This document shows positions 12,663-26,131 of a stretch of DNA of 64,000 bases, in pieces. The stretch is taken from positions 141,236,001 to 141,300,000 of the forward strand of contig OX597817.1 of assembly GCA_951406725.2 (NCBI GenBank), written 5' to 3'. The notes beneath the pieces were generated by a model. That model had not been told where the DNA came from, made no database searches, and was given only the letters and a program-made list of their open reading frames with translations. The position numbers were made by a program, and so were the translations under genes. Numbering within the stretch: position 1 is the first letter of the stretch; the number at the start of each line of letters is the position of its first letter. The stretch comes from Octopus vulgaris. Its lineage: Eukaryota.

Positions 12663-12833
12663 CATATATACGACAGGCTTCTTTCAGTTTCCGTCTACCA
12701 AATCCACTCACAAGGCATTGGTTGGCCCGGGGCTATAGCAGAAGACACTTGCCCAAGATGCCACGCAGTGGGACTGAACCCGGAACCATGTGGTTGGTTA
12801 GCAAGCTACTTACCACACAGCCACTCCTGCGCC
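12440..12833 (-). mobile_element. tRNA-derived SINE, second family (CORE-like cttgggcaagtgtct, internal TG/TA microsatellite)
   Basis: Head ggcgcaggagtggctgtgtggtaag...ggttcagtccc; near-identical copy at 45335-45740. Confidence 0.85.
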
Positions 12834-13711
12834 ATATATGCATAAACATGTTAATGCTGCTATTTTTCTACCACCCACCAAATTACTATCAAAACACAGC
12901 TTTTTGACATCTTCAGAACTGCATCTAGGAAAATAGCCATTTATGTTTTTGTAGTGTGATGGAGGAAAAGGACAAGAGAAAAAAAGAAGCAAACGGGAGA
13001 AAGAAATACAAAAGGCCTTACCTGTTGGCCTCAGCGGTCACTCTCACGAATTAAACACGTCTTGTCTCTGTGCTGCTTTTGCCCGAACTGACCACATGAG
13101 CTTCCTGCCCACGCATGCCCTTTTCACTCTTCCGCCGGCCCCTGCAAGCCTTACTTCCGTCCACCTCATCTGCCATCCCTTCCACCAACACCACATAGCT
13201 CCATCACAGCCTATAACACTACTAACACCACAGTTTTTATTGCTGGTGTCCTCAACTAATCAATCTGAACTGAGATCGATTGGAAAAACTTTCATTGGCC
13301 ACAAAGAGCAAATGATTTCTTTGTTGTAGCACTGGATTGAAGTTGGTCCCAAGTAGTCGCCTCCCCCACAAAATGGTAACAACTCTTTGGATCTGTTCTT
13401 TACCACTACTCCTGAAACATTTATCAGTGTCACTACCAAGGAACCTTCAGGCAACTCTAATCATGCTATGACCATTGCCAATCTGTCTCTTATGGGCAGA
13501 AACAAGAAGCATCACCAGCACCAAACTGCTTGCTTTGACTGGAACAGAGCAGACTAGAACTGCTGCCACACTGAGTTGCAATGCCCAAACTGGTTTGAAT
13601 TTTACGATTCCACAGATATCAATACTGCACTTCAGAACCTCCTCAGTTCATTGTGGGCCACGTAAAGCATCAGTATCACGGAACCACTTAAAAAATACCA
13701 ATATATATGGC

Positions 13712-14218
13712 TGAAGCAGGAAGACCGAAAATGGCTTGAAAGTCATAACATGCCGGCGGGAAATAACATCACTGGGTGAGACAAGCTGACACTAAATCAG
13801 CTTCGCTGACTGACAGGTGACGGTCGTTTAGAGAATGCGTGGGCTAAGACTACATGCCTTCACTGTTAAGGTGAGACAGTGTCACGTGACAACTTGCTGG
13901 GGCTGCCTGCTGGAGCCAGGCGGCAGGTATTTAAAGGGAAAAATTTGACAAGTCAGTCGCCGGCTGACACTCACTGACGATACATCGAAGAGGCCAGGAA
14001 ACAGAAGAAAGAAGACATGCACCCAACACCAGAGCTGAAGACACCTCCGAAAGGGGTGGAGGGAGGGCCCGCCATTTCAAAATGGTAGAGGAGTAGGGGC
14101 CAAAACTGGACGTGGTTCCTACTGATGATGGCTTGAGCTAACTGGATCCTATAAAGGAGCTGTTGTAGTAGCAGACCATGAAACACGGTTGTAATTCCCA
14201 ATTTGGGAGATTGCTACA
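13712..14218 (+). mobile_element. Probable solo LTR inserted in the LINE
   Basis: Termini tgaagca...tgctaca (imperfect inverted), internal tatttaaag TATA-like box, interrupts the LINE frame; no clean TSD. Confidence 0.5.
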
Positions 14219-15406
14219 GTTCAACTTGCCAAGAAAGAATGTGATGCTAAGCAGAAATATAGATTACATAGAACAGAGAAGAATAAAAATCACAATAGAT
14301 CACGCAACTATCTCAAGCAAGTTATAAAAAGAGTAGTGCCTGAATTTGAATAACGTATAGCAACTAACCCTGACTGCAAAGTGTTCTGGAAATATGTACA
14401 TTCAAAGCAGGGCTCTCTTTGCAATCCCTACACAGATCAGATTACTGATGATCCCAAAGAATGTGTAGAACTTATTGCTGAATACTATGTTGGCATCTTT
14501 ACTGTTGAAAATCCAAATATACCATCTTCAAAACCTCTGACACCAAATTCTATAACATCTGTGAAATTTACACCTGCAATGCTGCAACACCACCCCAAGA
14601 ATAAGCATAACTATGCCTCTCCTGGTCTTGATAGTGTTACTTATCTGCTTCTCAAATGTTGTGGGTTCTTTCTTTTGTACCAGCTTTCATTCTTCTTCCA
14701 ATTCTTGCTTAATAACTGTGTCACCCCAGAGCAGTGGGAAATTGTCAGTGTCATTCCCTATTTAAAAAGGTTGATTGTACATCACCTGTTAACTACCATC
14801 TAGTCAGTATTACTAGCCGCATTGCCAAAATGATGGGGTCCTGTGCTAGAGAAACATTCTGGACCTTCTTGAGCTCTCACAGCCTTATTTGCCCTTCACA
14901 ATTTGGATTTATCCCCAACTCCAGCTGCTATAGCCAACTCATCAAATTTCTTGAGGACATCACCTGATGTTATCTATCTTGACTTTGCTAAAGCATTCAA
15001 TTCTGTGCCACACAAATGATTCATAGCAAAACTGGTTAAAGTTCTTCATTCTTGGTTGAAAAGGGGTAGTCATGGTTCTAGGGCATCATTCTTCACCCTA
15101 TGAGATGACATCTCATGTATCAGAGGGACCTGTTCTTGGACCCCTGTTGTTTGTTGCATATATTAGTATTGAAATAGGCAGATGACATATCTGAGATAAA
15201 AAGAATATCCTATATGCTATAGATCTTTCCTGCAATCAGACCTGGATACAATGCAACAATGGATTACCACCTGGCAACTGAATCTGGCTGTGGACAAGTG
15301 CTTCATCATGCATTTTGGGAAGAAAAACCAGCTTTTACTTGCTTCCTCAACAGCATCAATCTTAAGAAGTCTGTGAGTAAATGTGTCCTAGGTATTATTG
15401 TCAACA

Positions 15407-15767
15407 GTGATCGTTGCCAGAGCGGCTATCTGGCCTCCGTGCCGGTGGCACATAAAAGACACCATTCGAGCATGATCATTACCAGCATCGCCTTACTGGC
15501 ACCCGTGCTGGTGGCATGTATAAAAGATTTGAGCGAGGTCGTTGCCAGTGCCGCCTGACTGGCCCCCATGCTGGTGGCACGTAAAAAGCACCCACTACAC
15601 TCTCAAAGTGGTTGGCGTTAGGAAGGACATCCAGCTGTAGAAACTCTACCAGATCAAGATTGGAGCCTGGTGCAGCCATCTGGTTCGCCAGCCGTCAGTC
15701 ATTCATCCAACCCATGCTAGCATGGAAAGCAGACGTTAAACGATGATGATGATGATGATGATGATGA
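15407..15767 (+). mobile_element. RTE 3' UTR fragment nested in the CR1/L2 LINE
   Basis: Ends with (gat)n; agtgatc is seen at both junctions. Confidence 0.85.
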
Positions 15768-16471
15768 GTGATCCGCATTGAACAAACCACATCTCTAAGA
15801 TTGTCAAGAAAGCTGAGAGTGTCTTAGCATCATTCAATAAGACCTTTATCAGCTGCTCTCCAGCCATCTATTTAAAGCTGTATATGACTATGGTACATCC
15901 ACTCTTAGAGTTTGCATTACCAGTCTGGAACCCCTATCTTGCTCAGAATACCAGTCTCCTGGGAACTGTTCTGAAATGTGTGACCAGACAAACGTCCACC
16001 ATCAAGATCTACCATGCTCTGAACAGCTTTCTGCCCTGGACATGCACACAATATATGACAACCTACACAGTAGACACCTACAAGATTATCCGCCATTTCT
16101 ATAATGACAACTTTGGGCACCTTTTTGAATTCCTTATGTATAACACTGGTGGATATGTTTACAAAATCAAAAAGCAATCACAGCACCTGTCACTTTTGGA
16201 AACATTTTTTCATGCACAGAACTGCTGAAGTATGGAATAAAATACCTGCATCACTTGTTAGCTGTTGAGACATCCTTCAAAACTTTCATGCTTTCTAAAA
16301 TTTGCCAACAGAACACCTGAAGGCTACCCATCTCTATTTCTTCTTTTTTGAAGACCCATTCACTATTCACTTCCTGTGCATAATCCATGTACTGTTCATA
16401 CAGTTTGGGTTACTTTTCCTGGTGAGTTGTAGAGCACCTGAGCATTGTATACAAGTTCATTATATCATATA

Positions 16472-17096
16472 TGTCGTGGTTAGGTGTGTATGAAGGAAAA
16501 CAGATGCAAATGGAATGTGTATGTCTTTAAAGTAAACAAATGCGTGAACTGATCCATAATTAAAAATAATTTATTTACTGGACTTGATTTCTTATAGTTA
16601 CACTTAATTCTTCACTACATACCAAATGTTGACAACTGCTACGAGTTGCTAGAAATATAAACAGGGTACATTTGTGGAAGTCATATATCAGGAATGAATA
16701 TGTTTGTGTGTGTGCATAGATGATTTGAGACAGTAGTCTATCATGACGCTTCGAACATTCTGTGCAGTCATTCAAACCCTGTTGTGTGGTCGACCTTCCT
16801 CGATGCCTGCAGGGATTTCCTCTCCTCCCTGGTCTCTGTCAACCAGCGTATTTATAATAATCGTGGCAGCTAGAAAGACAGACATACTGCAGCAGAGTTT
16901 GTACCTAAATAGGTCAGCTCCTGTCCATTTGAACTTCGCCTGACATGGCTGAGGTCAAAGGGAGATGATCAATCAATTTTTGATAGGACAAAGAAAACCT
17001 TTTTCCGCGCTTGTTGATCGTTGTGGTTTGGACGACCGAGAATTCTTAGATTCGGTTTTGAACCTAGGCTTGGAGAAGGAAGTGTTAATTTTTACA
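16472..17096 (-). mobile_element. Solo LTR (~625 bp)
   Basis: TG...CA termini, 4-bp TSD tata on both sides; on the minus strand TATAAAT (~16849-16855) upstream of AATAAA (~16570-16575). Confidence 0.65.
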
Positions 17097-17280
17097 TATA
17101 TATTGTCCCCCAGACATTTGGTTAGTTAGTTATGTATGTGTCTAACATAGGCACAATACCTCAAATTTTAGGGGAGTTGGTTAATTAATTAAATTGATCC
17201 CAGTGCTTCACTGTCAGCAGTATTTTTTATTGGCTCTGAAAATGCAAGTTGATCTCAGCAGGATTTGAAACCATATATTT

Positions 17281-18330
17281 CTAGGTCTACCATTTCCATA
17301 GGTACCCTCTACAATAAGAGATGAGCACTTCTTCATCCAGCTGTCCTCATCCATACACATCACATGACCCTTCTAGTGCTGTTTTCTTTCTTGCACACTA
17401 CAACTGATGGCTCTTATACCCAATTTTTCTTTTAAAACATTTATACTCTGCCATACTTGCCCGTGGACATTGCACAGCCAGCAGTGCACAGTGACTGCAT
17501 TTATTTCAAGCCTTCACATGTCCTCTGTAGTCACAGCCCATGTTTCGCTACCATGTAGCTTAGCTATCCATACACAGGTATCATACAATGGGTCTTCCAC
17601 TTTGAGGGTGTGGTCCATTGTTACCAACAAAGGCAGTAGCTCTTTGAGCTTTGCCTTGCCAGTTCTTATTCTAGCAGCTACACTTTCAAAGCATCGGCTT
17701 CCACTGCTAACTTGATTGCCTTGTTCCTTCTTGAGACATGCCTGGCTCATAAGGGGCGGTTTCCTGGTTTCCCTGGCATATAGGTTCCCCACCTGGACGA
17801 GACGCTGGTCCGTTACAGGTGAGCTGCAAGATGCAGGAGGAAAGAGTGAGAGAAAGTTGTGGCAAAAGAGTCAGCAGAAGTTTGCCATTACCTTCTGCTG
17901 GAGCCGCGTGGAGCTTAGGTGTTTCGCTCATAAACACACACATCACCCGGTCTGAGATTCAAACCCGCGATCCCTTGACTGCGAGTCGGCTGCTCTAACC
18001 ACTAGGCCATGTGACTCCACTACTTGATTGCCTGAGTAATGGAAGCTATCTACTACTTCTAAGGATTCCCTCAGACATTTGAGGAAGTCTATTTCCTGTA
18101 CATACTTCATGTTTTCATGTTTATTGTACCTGCACATCTGCCATGCACTAAAACTATTTTCTGTTAACCTTCCTGTGGTGCCATTACACCTTATGTAACC
18201 ATAGCTGACACAGAGTACACTGTATGGAATTTCTACCTATATCTTTTCTACATATTGAACAAGGCCATCTTCCTGATGGATTTGATAATTTGTCAGCTTC
18301 TCTACTTACTAGTACTTTGGTCTTATCCAT
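17281..18330 (-). mobile_element. Older RTE LINE fragment (PHD finger + C-terminus)
   Basis: GRWPCSICRKDIGRNSIQCTLCQLWLH, FHYSGNQV, LHGSETWAVT. Confidence 0.85.
17722..18021 (-). mobile_element. tRNA-derived SINE, third family
   Basis: A box tggcctagtgg, B box ggtttgaatc; TSD acttgattgcct (17710-17721, 18022-18033); relatives at 61020-61300 and 35808-36012. Confidence 0.88.
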
Positions 18331-19067
18331 TTCTGTGAGAATATCTGAAGGTTTGAAAGAATTGAAGCCAATATGCTCTGCTGGTTGGGTAATGTCAGTT
18401 TGCATATACAAAAGACTGTGATTTGAGAGAAAAACTGGGTACATGAGGCATCAGATGTAGTGTGCAAGAGAGAAGACTGTGCTAGTATAGTCATGTAATG
18501 TGTATGAATGAAGACAGTTGCATCAAGAGGTGCTGATCTCTAAAGGGCATCTAGCTGTAGAAACTCTGCCAGATCAGATTGGAGTCTTGTTCGCCAGACC
18601 TCAGTCAAACCCATGCTAGTGATGATGATGACGACGACGACGACCATCATCATCATCATCATCATCATATGGAAGGAGTAGACCCAGGAAAACATGGGAT
18701 GAAGTGGTGAGAAAGAATCTACAGACTTTTAGATTCTCAGAGAGGATGACAAGGGACTGAGACTCCTCACAGCTGTCCTTGAATACAAGCTTGTCTTCTG
18801 CTTCCCTCTCCAGCTGAGTATTCCTAATCTTGTGGGTTCATGGGGGTGTTGGTGCCACACCAAAAGCACTTGTACCAGTGTCATGTAAAGGCATCCATGC
18901 TGGTACTGCGTAAAAGCACCCAGTACATAGGAACCATGCTGAAATAAACAAGGTGCCTAGGCAGCTCTTGTCAAACTGTTGTTTGTATATCCATGCCAGC
19001 ATGGAAAAAGGATGTTAAATGGTGATGATGTATTGAATAATTTCTGTTAGTGGTATATGTTTTAAGA

Positions 19068-19302
19068 AGGCAGCGAGCTAGCTGAAACGTTAGCACGCTG
19101 GGTGAAATGTGTAGCTGTATTTCATCTGCCGTTAAGTTCTGAGTTCAAATTCCGCCGAGGTCGACTTTGCCTTTCATCCTTTCGGGGTTGATAAATTAAG
19201 TACCAGTTACGCACTGGGGTTGATGTAATCGACTTAATCCGTTTGTCTTTCCTTGTTTGTCCCCTCTGTGTTTAGCCCCTTGTGGGTAGTAAAGAAATAG
19301 GT
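19068..19302 (+). mobile_element. tRNA SINE (MetaSINE-like family)
   Basis: Full head-body-tail copy; ggtatatgtttt repeated at both flanks. Confidence 0.85.
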
Positions 19303-19629
19303 ATATGTTTTGAGACTGAAAATATGTGCAGCTCTGTGTTAGAGAAGCTTGCTTCTTAACCTTGTCGATTTGGATTCAGTCCTACTGTGCCACCTTGGGT
19401 AAGAGTCTAACCAATATATTTTTAGGTTGATGGAGACTATATAAAATCCATTGTATGTATGTAATAACTCTGTAGTGCGTTGCATACTAAGACTGTCCTT
19501 AGCCAATAAACGCCAAACACTATATGAAAATTTGTGATAATTTATAGACTAATGGCAATTAGAAATGTGGAATGGATAGTGAAAAGATCTAGCTGGGCAG
19601 GTTTTCAAGGGCACTACAACATGGGCCCT

Positions 19630-20170
19630 TGCTATTGCAAGAAAGTTTGGACGATTGAAGATTCTTGGAATATTTGCCCCTTATATTATGTTTCCTCTTC
19701 AACACACCTCAAAAGAAAATCAGTAGTATAGAAGCTGCAGCCATATAACATGTGATGGCCTTGTCTGAAACAAGACTCTCTGAAGTGGGTTGCTTTATAG
19801 AACAATCTGGTGGTTATGTTTTATTGGAAAAGGAGAGTAGAAGGGTGCTGGTGTAGCATGTGGGGTAAAGAATTTCATGATTTCTAGGCTGAAAGCACCA
19901 TCATTTTATCTTTCACTAAAGGAGTTTGTGAGCAAAATTCTTTGTGCTTTTGAGTCCTCATATTTGATGACTTCAGTGCTAAAGTTGGCAAGAATTACCA
20001 AATGGGGATGTAATTAGAAAACATGGAGTTGAAAAGTGCAATGGCTTGTTGTTGCTGCAAGTATGTTAGGAGCTGGATTTGTGCATAACAAACCATTTTC
20101 CAGCAGGAAGGTGAATAGAAAAGAATCTGGATGCATCCAGACTTTCTCTGGTGCAATAATTTGTATTCCA
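19630..20170 (+). mobile_element. Decayed endonuclease domain of a different RTE (BovB-like) LINE
   Basis: Across frameshifts: VMALSETRL, VLIFDDFSAKVG (cf. GDFNARVG), VIRKHGVEKCN, GLLLLQVC. Confidence 0.65.
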
Positions 20171-20376
20171 GAGCAGCAACCTAGCAAAAACGTTAGCACA
20201 CAGGTCGAAATACTTAGTAGTATTTTATCTGTTTTGAGTTCAAATTCCGCCGAGGTTGACTTTGCCTTTCATCCTTTTGAGGTCGATAAATTAAGTACCA
20301 GTTGCATACTGGGGTTGATCTAATCGATTGGCTCCCTCCCCCAAAATTTTGCACCTTGTGCCTAGAGTAGAAAAGA
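20170..20376 (+). mobile_element. tRNA SINE (MetaSINE-like family, alternative tail)
   Basis: Same body; ends ccttgtgcctagagtagaaa. Confidence 0.8.
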
Positions 20377-20659
20377 ATATCTTGCATTCCAGAACACCTC
20401 ATACTGTAGAATATTGGTAAACCTCTTCCTTTTTGCTTCTCACATTGGCAAATCTCTTTCTTTTTGCTTCTGCTTCTCATATATATTGGTTAGCATTAGG
20501 AAGGGCATAGAAACCATGCCAAAGCTGACATCAGAGCTCAACACAACCCTGTAGCTTACCAGATCTTGCTGAACCATCCTACCCATGCTAACTTAGAAAA
20601 TGGACATTAAAAGATGGTGTTGGTCTCACATATACACAGATATTAACACACTCACACAA

Positions 20660-20690
<31 letters not shown>

Positions 20691-21765
20691 TATATTTTGC
20701 CCTTACCTTCAAAACATGGAGTAGACGAAGCAGGGGCAGCTGAAGAAGGGGAATATTCCTTGTGTTGTATGTCTTGTACTCTGTTTTTTCGTTGTTTGAA
20801 AAAAGTCCGTTTCCATGGTTTTGTTCTTATGTTTTCGTTTCTCATTGTCTTCCACGTTTTTTTTATGTCCTGTACCAATATATGCATGTATATATACATA
20901 TAGATGTAGGTATGTACATATATGTATGTATATATGCATATGTTTTATTTATTATTTTGTTATTATATGATCAAACGCCACGCATCCACTTCCAAGTAAG
21001 TTTTATCTATATATATATATACATAGATATATAAAGCCACACACACTTATATACCTACATATATATGTCATCATCATCTTATATTGTTTGTCTCCCATGC
21101 TAATAGTACTACTACTGCTTACAGTAATAAATTATACTATTACTTATGGTCAAGTGGACTCAGTGATTGAGAGCTATATGATAACAGGATACAAACTGTT
21201 GGCCTCCCACCTCAATGACTGGTATTCTTGTTGTTCTTGATACTGTCCCTCTTTTTGGTGCTATAGTTGTAACTTTTCATCTTCCATTTCTTTAACATTC
21301 TTGTAGTTTACATCACCATTATTTCTTTATTTTTTGTTCTGATGTATTTTTATTTCTCTTGTGCTTTTTAACACACATGCATATACATATTTTATGTAAA
21401 TGTTTATCATATTCCCATGTGTGTTAAATATTTATATATTACATTTATAAGAAAGACAGAAGGAAGGCAGGACTTTGCTGACATAAAAAAAATGGCCATG
21501 CTTGATATGCTCTAAAGGAGTCGGTAGGAACTTTGTCTGGTGTACCCAGTGTGAGTGCACAAGAGGTGTGCTGAGATCATATACAAATGAGAAAAACTGG
21601 ATACAAGAGGAATCAGATATTGTGTGCATGGAAATCAGTGGTGGCTCATGTATAGGGACTGTGGAACTGCAGCACCCCCTATTTTCACTCAATATTATCA
21701 ATAAGATTCAATATAATGAGTCTGTCTTTCTATAATTCATTATTTATATCTGTACATTATATAAG

Positions 21766-22268
21766 AGAATACCCTCCATCAGGCATTTGCCATATTCTAA
21801 ACGCCTTACTTCCCTGGGCATGGATACATTGAAACTCCGATGTCTGGCAGCTGACTTGGTAGACATCCATAAAATTATTAACCATCTTACAAACAATAAC
21901 TCTGAGCACCTTTTCAAACTCCATCTGTCTAACACCCATGGACATGTTTACAAAGTCAGAAAACAGCACAGCTCCCATGACTTTCAGAAACATTTTTTCA
22001 TGCTAAGAGTTGCTGAAGCATGGAACAAACTGCTGGCATCAGTTGTTAGTTGTCAGAGCACTGCATCCTTCAAAACTCCCATGCTTCCTGAGATTCGCCA
22101 ACACTACGCCTGATTTTCTCCCCTCCATACACACGCCAGCATGTATCTGACTCATACACTGTTCGCTTTCCAGACATTTGTACATTACTGCATATACTTT
22201 ATATGCACTTTTGACAAGTTGTGGTGCACCTGAGCACTGTATACAATAATTTCATTATTATTATAATA
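21766..22268 (+). mobile_element. 3' fragment of the CR1/L2-group LINE
   Basis: PYSKRLTSLGMDTLKLR...FFMLRVAEAWNKL, UTR and (att)n tail. Confidence 0.85.
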
Positions 22269-22493
22269 ATCCTTAAGTTTAATGTCAGTAGTCATCCCCA
22301 CATTCACAGAAAAATTACAAAAATTCTTGTACGGAACTGTATGCTTCCCAGTTCCAGCAACGTGGTGTTTGGCTGTTGTGCGCATGTCCAAAAAAGAAGC
22401 TGCATGCTAGTTAGAGGGAGCATTGTCACTCACACCATGCTGACCCTGTTGTCCGAGTGTAAGGTAGTGTTTACTTTTGACTCAATGTGCATT

Positions 22494-22846
22494 CATCATC
22501 ATCGTTTAACGTCCGCTTTCCATGCTAGCATGGGTTGGACAATTTGACTGAGGGCTGGCGAACCAGATGGCTGTACCAGGCTTCAATCTTGATCTGGTAG
22601 AGTTTCTACAGCTGGATGCCCTTCCTAACGCCAACTACTCTGAGAGTGTAGTGGGTGCTTTTTACGTGCCACCAGCATGGGGGCCAGTCAGGTGACACTG
22701 GCAACGACCTTGCTCAAATCTTTTATACATACCACCGGCACGGGTGCCAGTAAGGCGATGCTAGTAATGATCATGCTCGAATGGTGTCTTTTATGTGCCA
22801 CCGGCACGGAGGCCAGATAGCCGCTCTAGCAACAATCACACTCGGC
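22494..22846 (-). mobile_element. RTE 3' UTR fragment
   Basis: Same terminus as other copies. Confidence 0.85.
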
Positions 22847-23406
22847 ATTGTGCTTGAAAACCTTGTACCATATTCTTGAATGTGATAAACTGTAGATGAT
22901 TATCATGCTTCCAGCTATTCTATTTAATTCTTAGTTTTTTCGTGTTTCTTTTTTTTTTATTGTATAGAAAATTTAAATAATTTAGCCATGACCTCCTTGG
23001 ATCCCCAAGAAATAAGTTCTGTGACAGTAAGTGAATTTCAACAGCTTACATTTTCACAGTTGTCTCTCCATGAGAAAGTTACAGTTAAGAAAAGAGGCTG
23101 TTCAGCATCTGATATTCATATATCTCAGCCAGGAATAAGCAACAACAAGAGGTATAGCCGTAGCTTTAATTCTGAATGGTGCCAATGAGAAAGTTGGCTC
23201 TATGGCTGTGAATTGAAAAATGCATTGTTTTACTTCCTGTGTTTGCTGTTTGGAAGTTTGGACAAAAGACAGTTTTAGAAGTATAAACAAAATGAAAGAA
23301 AAAACCGAAAAACATGAGAAGTCAAAAAAGCGTATTGAAAATGTGGTTTTACTGTCAGTTTTAGCAATTGCAAATATTAAGGAGAAACTTCTGGACATAA
23401 TTGATG

Positions 23407-23621
23407 TCAGGCCTGCCTGACTAGCTCCTGTGCCAGTGGCATATAAAAAGCACCCACTACAATCTTGGAGTGGTTGGCATTAGGAAGGGCATCCAGCTGT
23501 AGAAACATTGCCAGATCAGATTGGAGCCTGGTGCAGCCACTGCCTTTCCAGACCTCAGTCAAACCGCCCAACACATGCCAGCATAGGAAACGGATGTTAA
23601 ACGATGATGATGATGGTGATG
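23407..23621 (+). mobile_element. RTE 3' UTR fragment
   Basis: Ends gttaaacgatgatgatgatg. Confidence 0.8.
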
Positions 23622-23700
23622 AAACTTTGTAAGTCACACAGAATTTCAATCAATGAGCATAACACAAAGGCTAAAAAGAACTGTGCAATTTTATTCAATA

Positions 23701-24052
23701 CTAGCACTATAACCTGGCAACGCTAGTGCATGCATATACAGCTGCGTGTGTGCACACATACACGCGGGTACTGTCCAAATCTCCGACCAATTACATACAG
23801 CTAGCTGGCATTCAATTGGTGTATCAAGTTTCGGGCATTTTGATTGGGTTTTGGATAGGAAATTCAGAAAAAAGTCACTTCTATTGATTTTTTTAATGGC
23901 TTTGCGGGGTGACTGGGGAAATGTAAAGATGTGCACGACCACCCTTGGATGGTTTTGAATGACCATAGAAAGTGCAAGCCCTCTAACTGAAAAATTGTGG
24001 ATTTGTATAAAGGACACATACGCAGACATTTTGCCGTTTATATATATAGAGA
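23701..24052 (-). mobile_element. Non-autonomous Helitron
   Basis: Minus strand begins TC(tctatata...) and ends CTAG, inserted between A and T with no TSD; excision restores the hAT frame ILFN|IIDC. Confidence 0.85.
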
Positions 24053-25016
24053 TAATAGACTGTTTTATTTTGTGGAAACTTTCAGACTCCCTTATGTGGA
24101 CATGATGAAAAAGGTGATTCAATAAATCCAGGCGTATTTAGGGGATTAATAAATTTTGCATCTAAATTAGATCCTTATTTGAAGAATCACTTAGAAACCA
24201 TTTCAGTCTCCAAAGGTGTTTCTAAGATTATTCAGAATGAGATACTTGGATGCCTGCTACAAATATACCACGAGGAGATAAGGACAGAAATTAGAGAAGC
24301 TTCGTTTGTAGCCACCATGGCTGATGGCACAACAGATGCTTCAGAACACACTCAAATGGTCATTGTTCTATGGTACGTGTTGAAGGAAGAAATATTTGAG
24401 TGTTTTGCGGGATTCTTTATTCCAGAAAATCAAACTGCAGACGGCATATAAAACGTATTCTAGAACAATCAGAAATAATCCTTTAAGAAAATGGACAAAA
24501 ACTAAGAGCTCAGACATTTGATGGTGCAAATGTCATGAAAGGCGAAAAAACAGAAGTTCAGGCAAAAATAGAAGCAGTTTATAGTAACGCACATTTCATT
24601 CACTTTTATGCACATCAATTTAATTTAATAATGAGATGTGAGGCAAGTATTACACAGAATGTAAGAATATTTTTCTATAACATTTTCTCTATTCCAACAT
24701 TCTTTTCAAGATCACCACAAAGTGTATCCATTCTCAAGAAGCATATGGATGTCAGCATTCTGCATCCGTCCTGTACAAGCTGGAACTTTAACATACAGAC
24801 CATGAACAGAGTTCATGAAAATTTGCAACCTTTAAAAAGCTGCCTTCCTGAAATTCATTCAAGATCAAGTATGGATCAAACCATTGCAGAAGCAACAAGA
24901 ATTTTAAAACAACTGAATGATGATAATTTCATGTTTTGGTTAGATTATGCCTCCTGTTAAAGTAGTTTACAACCAAATGCAATCTTGAGAAATTAGTGTG
25001 CTTAAAGTCAATGATT

Positions 25017-25566
25017 CATCATCATTATCATCATCGTCGTCGTCGTTTAACGTCCGCTTTCCATGCTAGCATGTGTTGGACGATTTTGACTGAGGGTTGG
25101 CGAACCAGATGGATGCACCAGGCTCCAATCTTGATCTGGCAGAGTTTCTACAGCTGAATGCCCTTCTTAACGCCAACCACTCCGAGAGTGTAGTGGGTGC
25201 TTTATACGTGCCACCGGCACGGGGGCCAGTCAGGCGGTACTGGCAATGACCTCGCTGGAATCTTTTGACATGTGCCACCAGCACAGGTGCCAGTGAAGCG
25301 ATGTTGGTAACGACCACGCTCGAATGGTGCCCTTTTACATGCCACTGGCACGGAAGCCAGTTGGCTGCTCTGGCAACGATCACGCTCGGATGGTGCTCTT
25401 GGCACCCTACTAGCACGGGCACAAGTGCCAGTAAGGCAACGCTGGTAATGATCACACTGGAATGGTGCTTTTATGTGCCACTGGCACGGAAGCCGGTTAG
25501 CTGCTCTGTCAACGATCACACTCATATGGTGCTAGCATGGATGCCAGTCATCGAATTGATTTTGAT
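25017..25566 (-). mobile_element. RTE 3' UTR fragment
   Basis: Long copy with internal ~60-bp subrepeats. Confidence 0.85.
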
Positions 25567-25926
25567 TATAAAACAGATTTCAAAACTGCTATTTTAGAAA
25601 TAAGAACCTCGAAATACGGTGCGAATCTTTCGAAGACACTCATGGCAGAAAGCGAAGAAAGTGTGTGATTACATATGTGTTGATATAATGGATGGATATT
25701 CTTCCACTAAACACTTAGTAGCTACTAAATTGTTCAACAAGAAAAGCTAAACTAGTTTTAAGAATGAACTGCCTTCGGTTCTGACTGCTGAATCATATCC
25801 CATGAGTGACAAAAAAAAAAAAGCTTGAAACTGGAATGGAAGTATTCTATTGTAGGTTCAATATTCATGAATATTGCAAATTAATTGAGCTGCTGAAATT
25901 TATCTCGGAAAATAATCTAGATGGTT

Positions 25927-26131
25927 TTACGGAGATGTACTTGCATAGCGAGTGACTTGATCTGAGATCGTGTGCTAGAACAAAAACAATTGCTGCGTGG
26001 AAGGTGTTTATAAGCCATTTAAGAAACACACAAAACCGTTAGATTCACTTCAACATTTAAATTTAATTTGTCAAAATATTTTCATCGCTTTGAGACCACG
26101 ACCTGTTCACTGACAAAGCTTCGTGCTGCAT
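25927..26131 (-). mobile_element. Penelope-like terminal-repeat (pLTR) fragment
   Basis: Second copy at 29374-29637; carries a minimal hammerhead motif. Confidence 0.65.
26067..26117 (-). ncRNA. Minimal type-I hammerhead ribozyme motif, G3-C8 core variant
   Basis: UUUGUCA-GUGAACA-g-GUCGU(gguCucaaa)GCGAU-GAA-AAUAUU-U-UGACAAA: 7-bp stem I, stem II, palindromic stem III. Confidence 0.65.

Larger units (their letters stand above)
13090..16466 (+). mobile_element. Degenerate CR1/L2-group LINE
   Basis: EN end LDLFFTT...SGNSNHAM; RT SPGLD, NYHLVSITS, QFGF, DVIYLDFAKAF, VLGPLLF; C-terminal PLLEFALPVWNP; 3' end shared with 21766-22268. Confidence 0.85.

Noticed and set aside
17955-18021. tRNA gene-like sequence (also 35808 and 61020)
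   Set aside because: SINE heads: continuous with a SINE body and TSD, and no complete cloverleaf.
20697-20760. Possible hammerhead (ctgaaga near ccttcaaaac)
   Set aside because: No intact GAAA, and no consistent stem III or cleavage site could be assembled.
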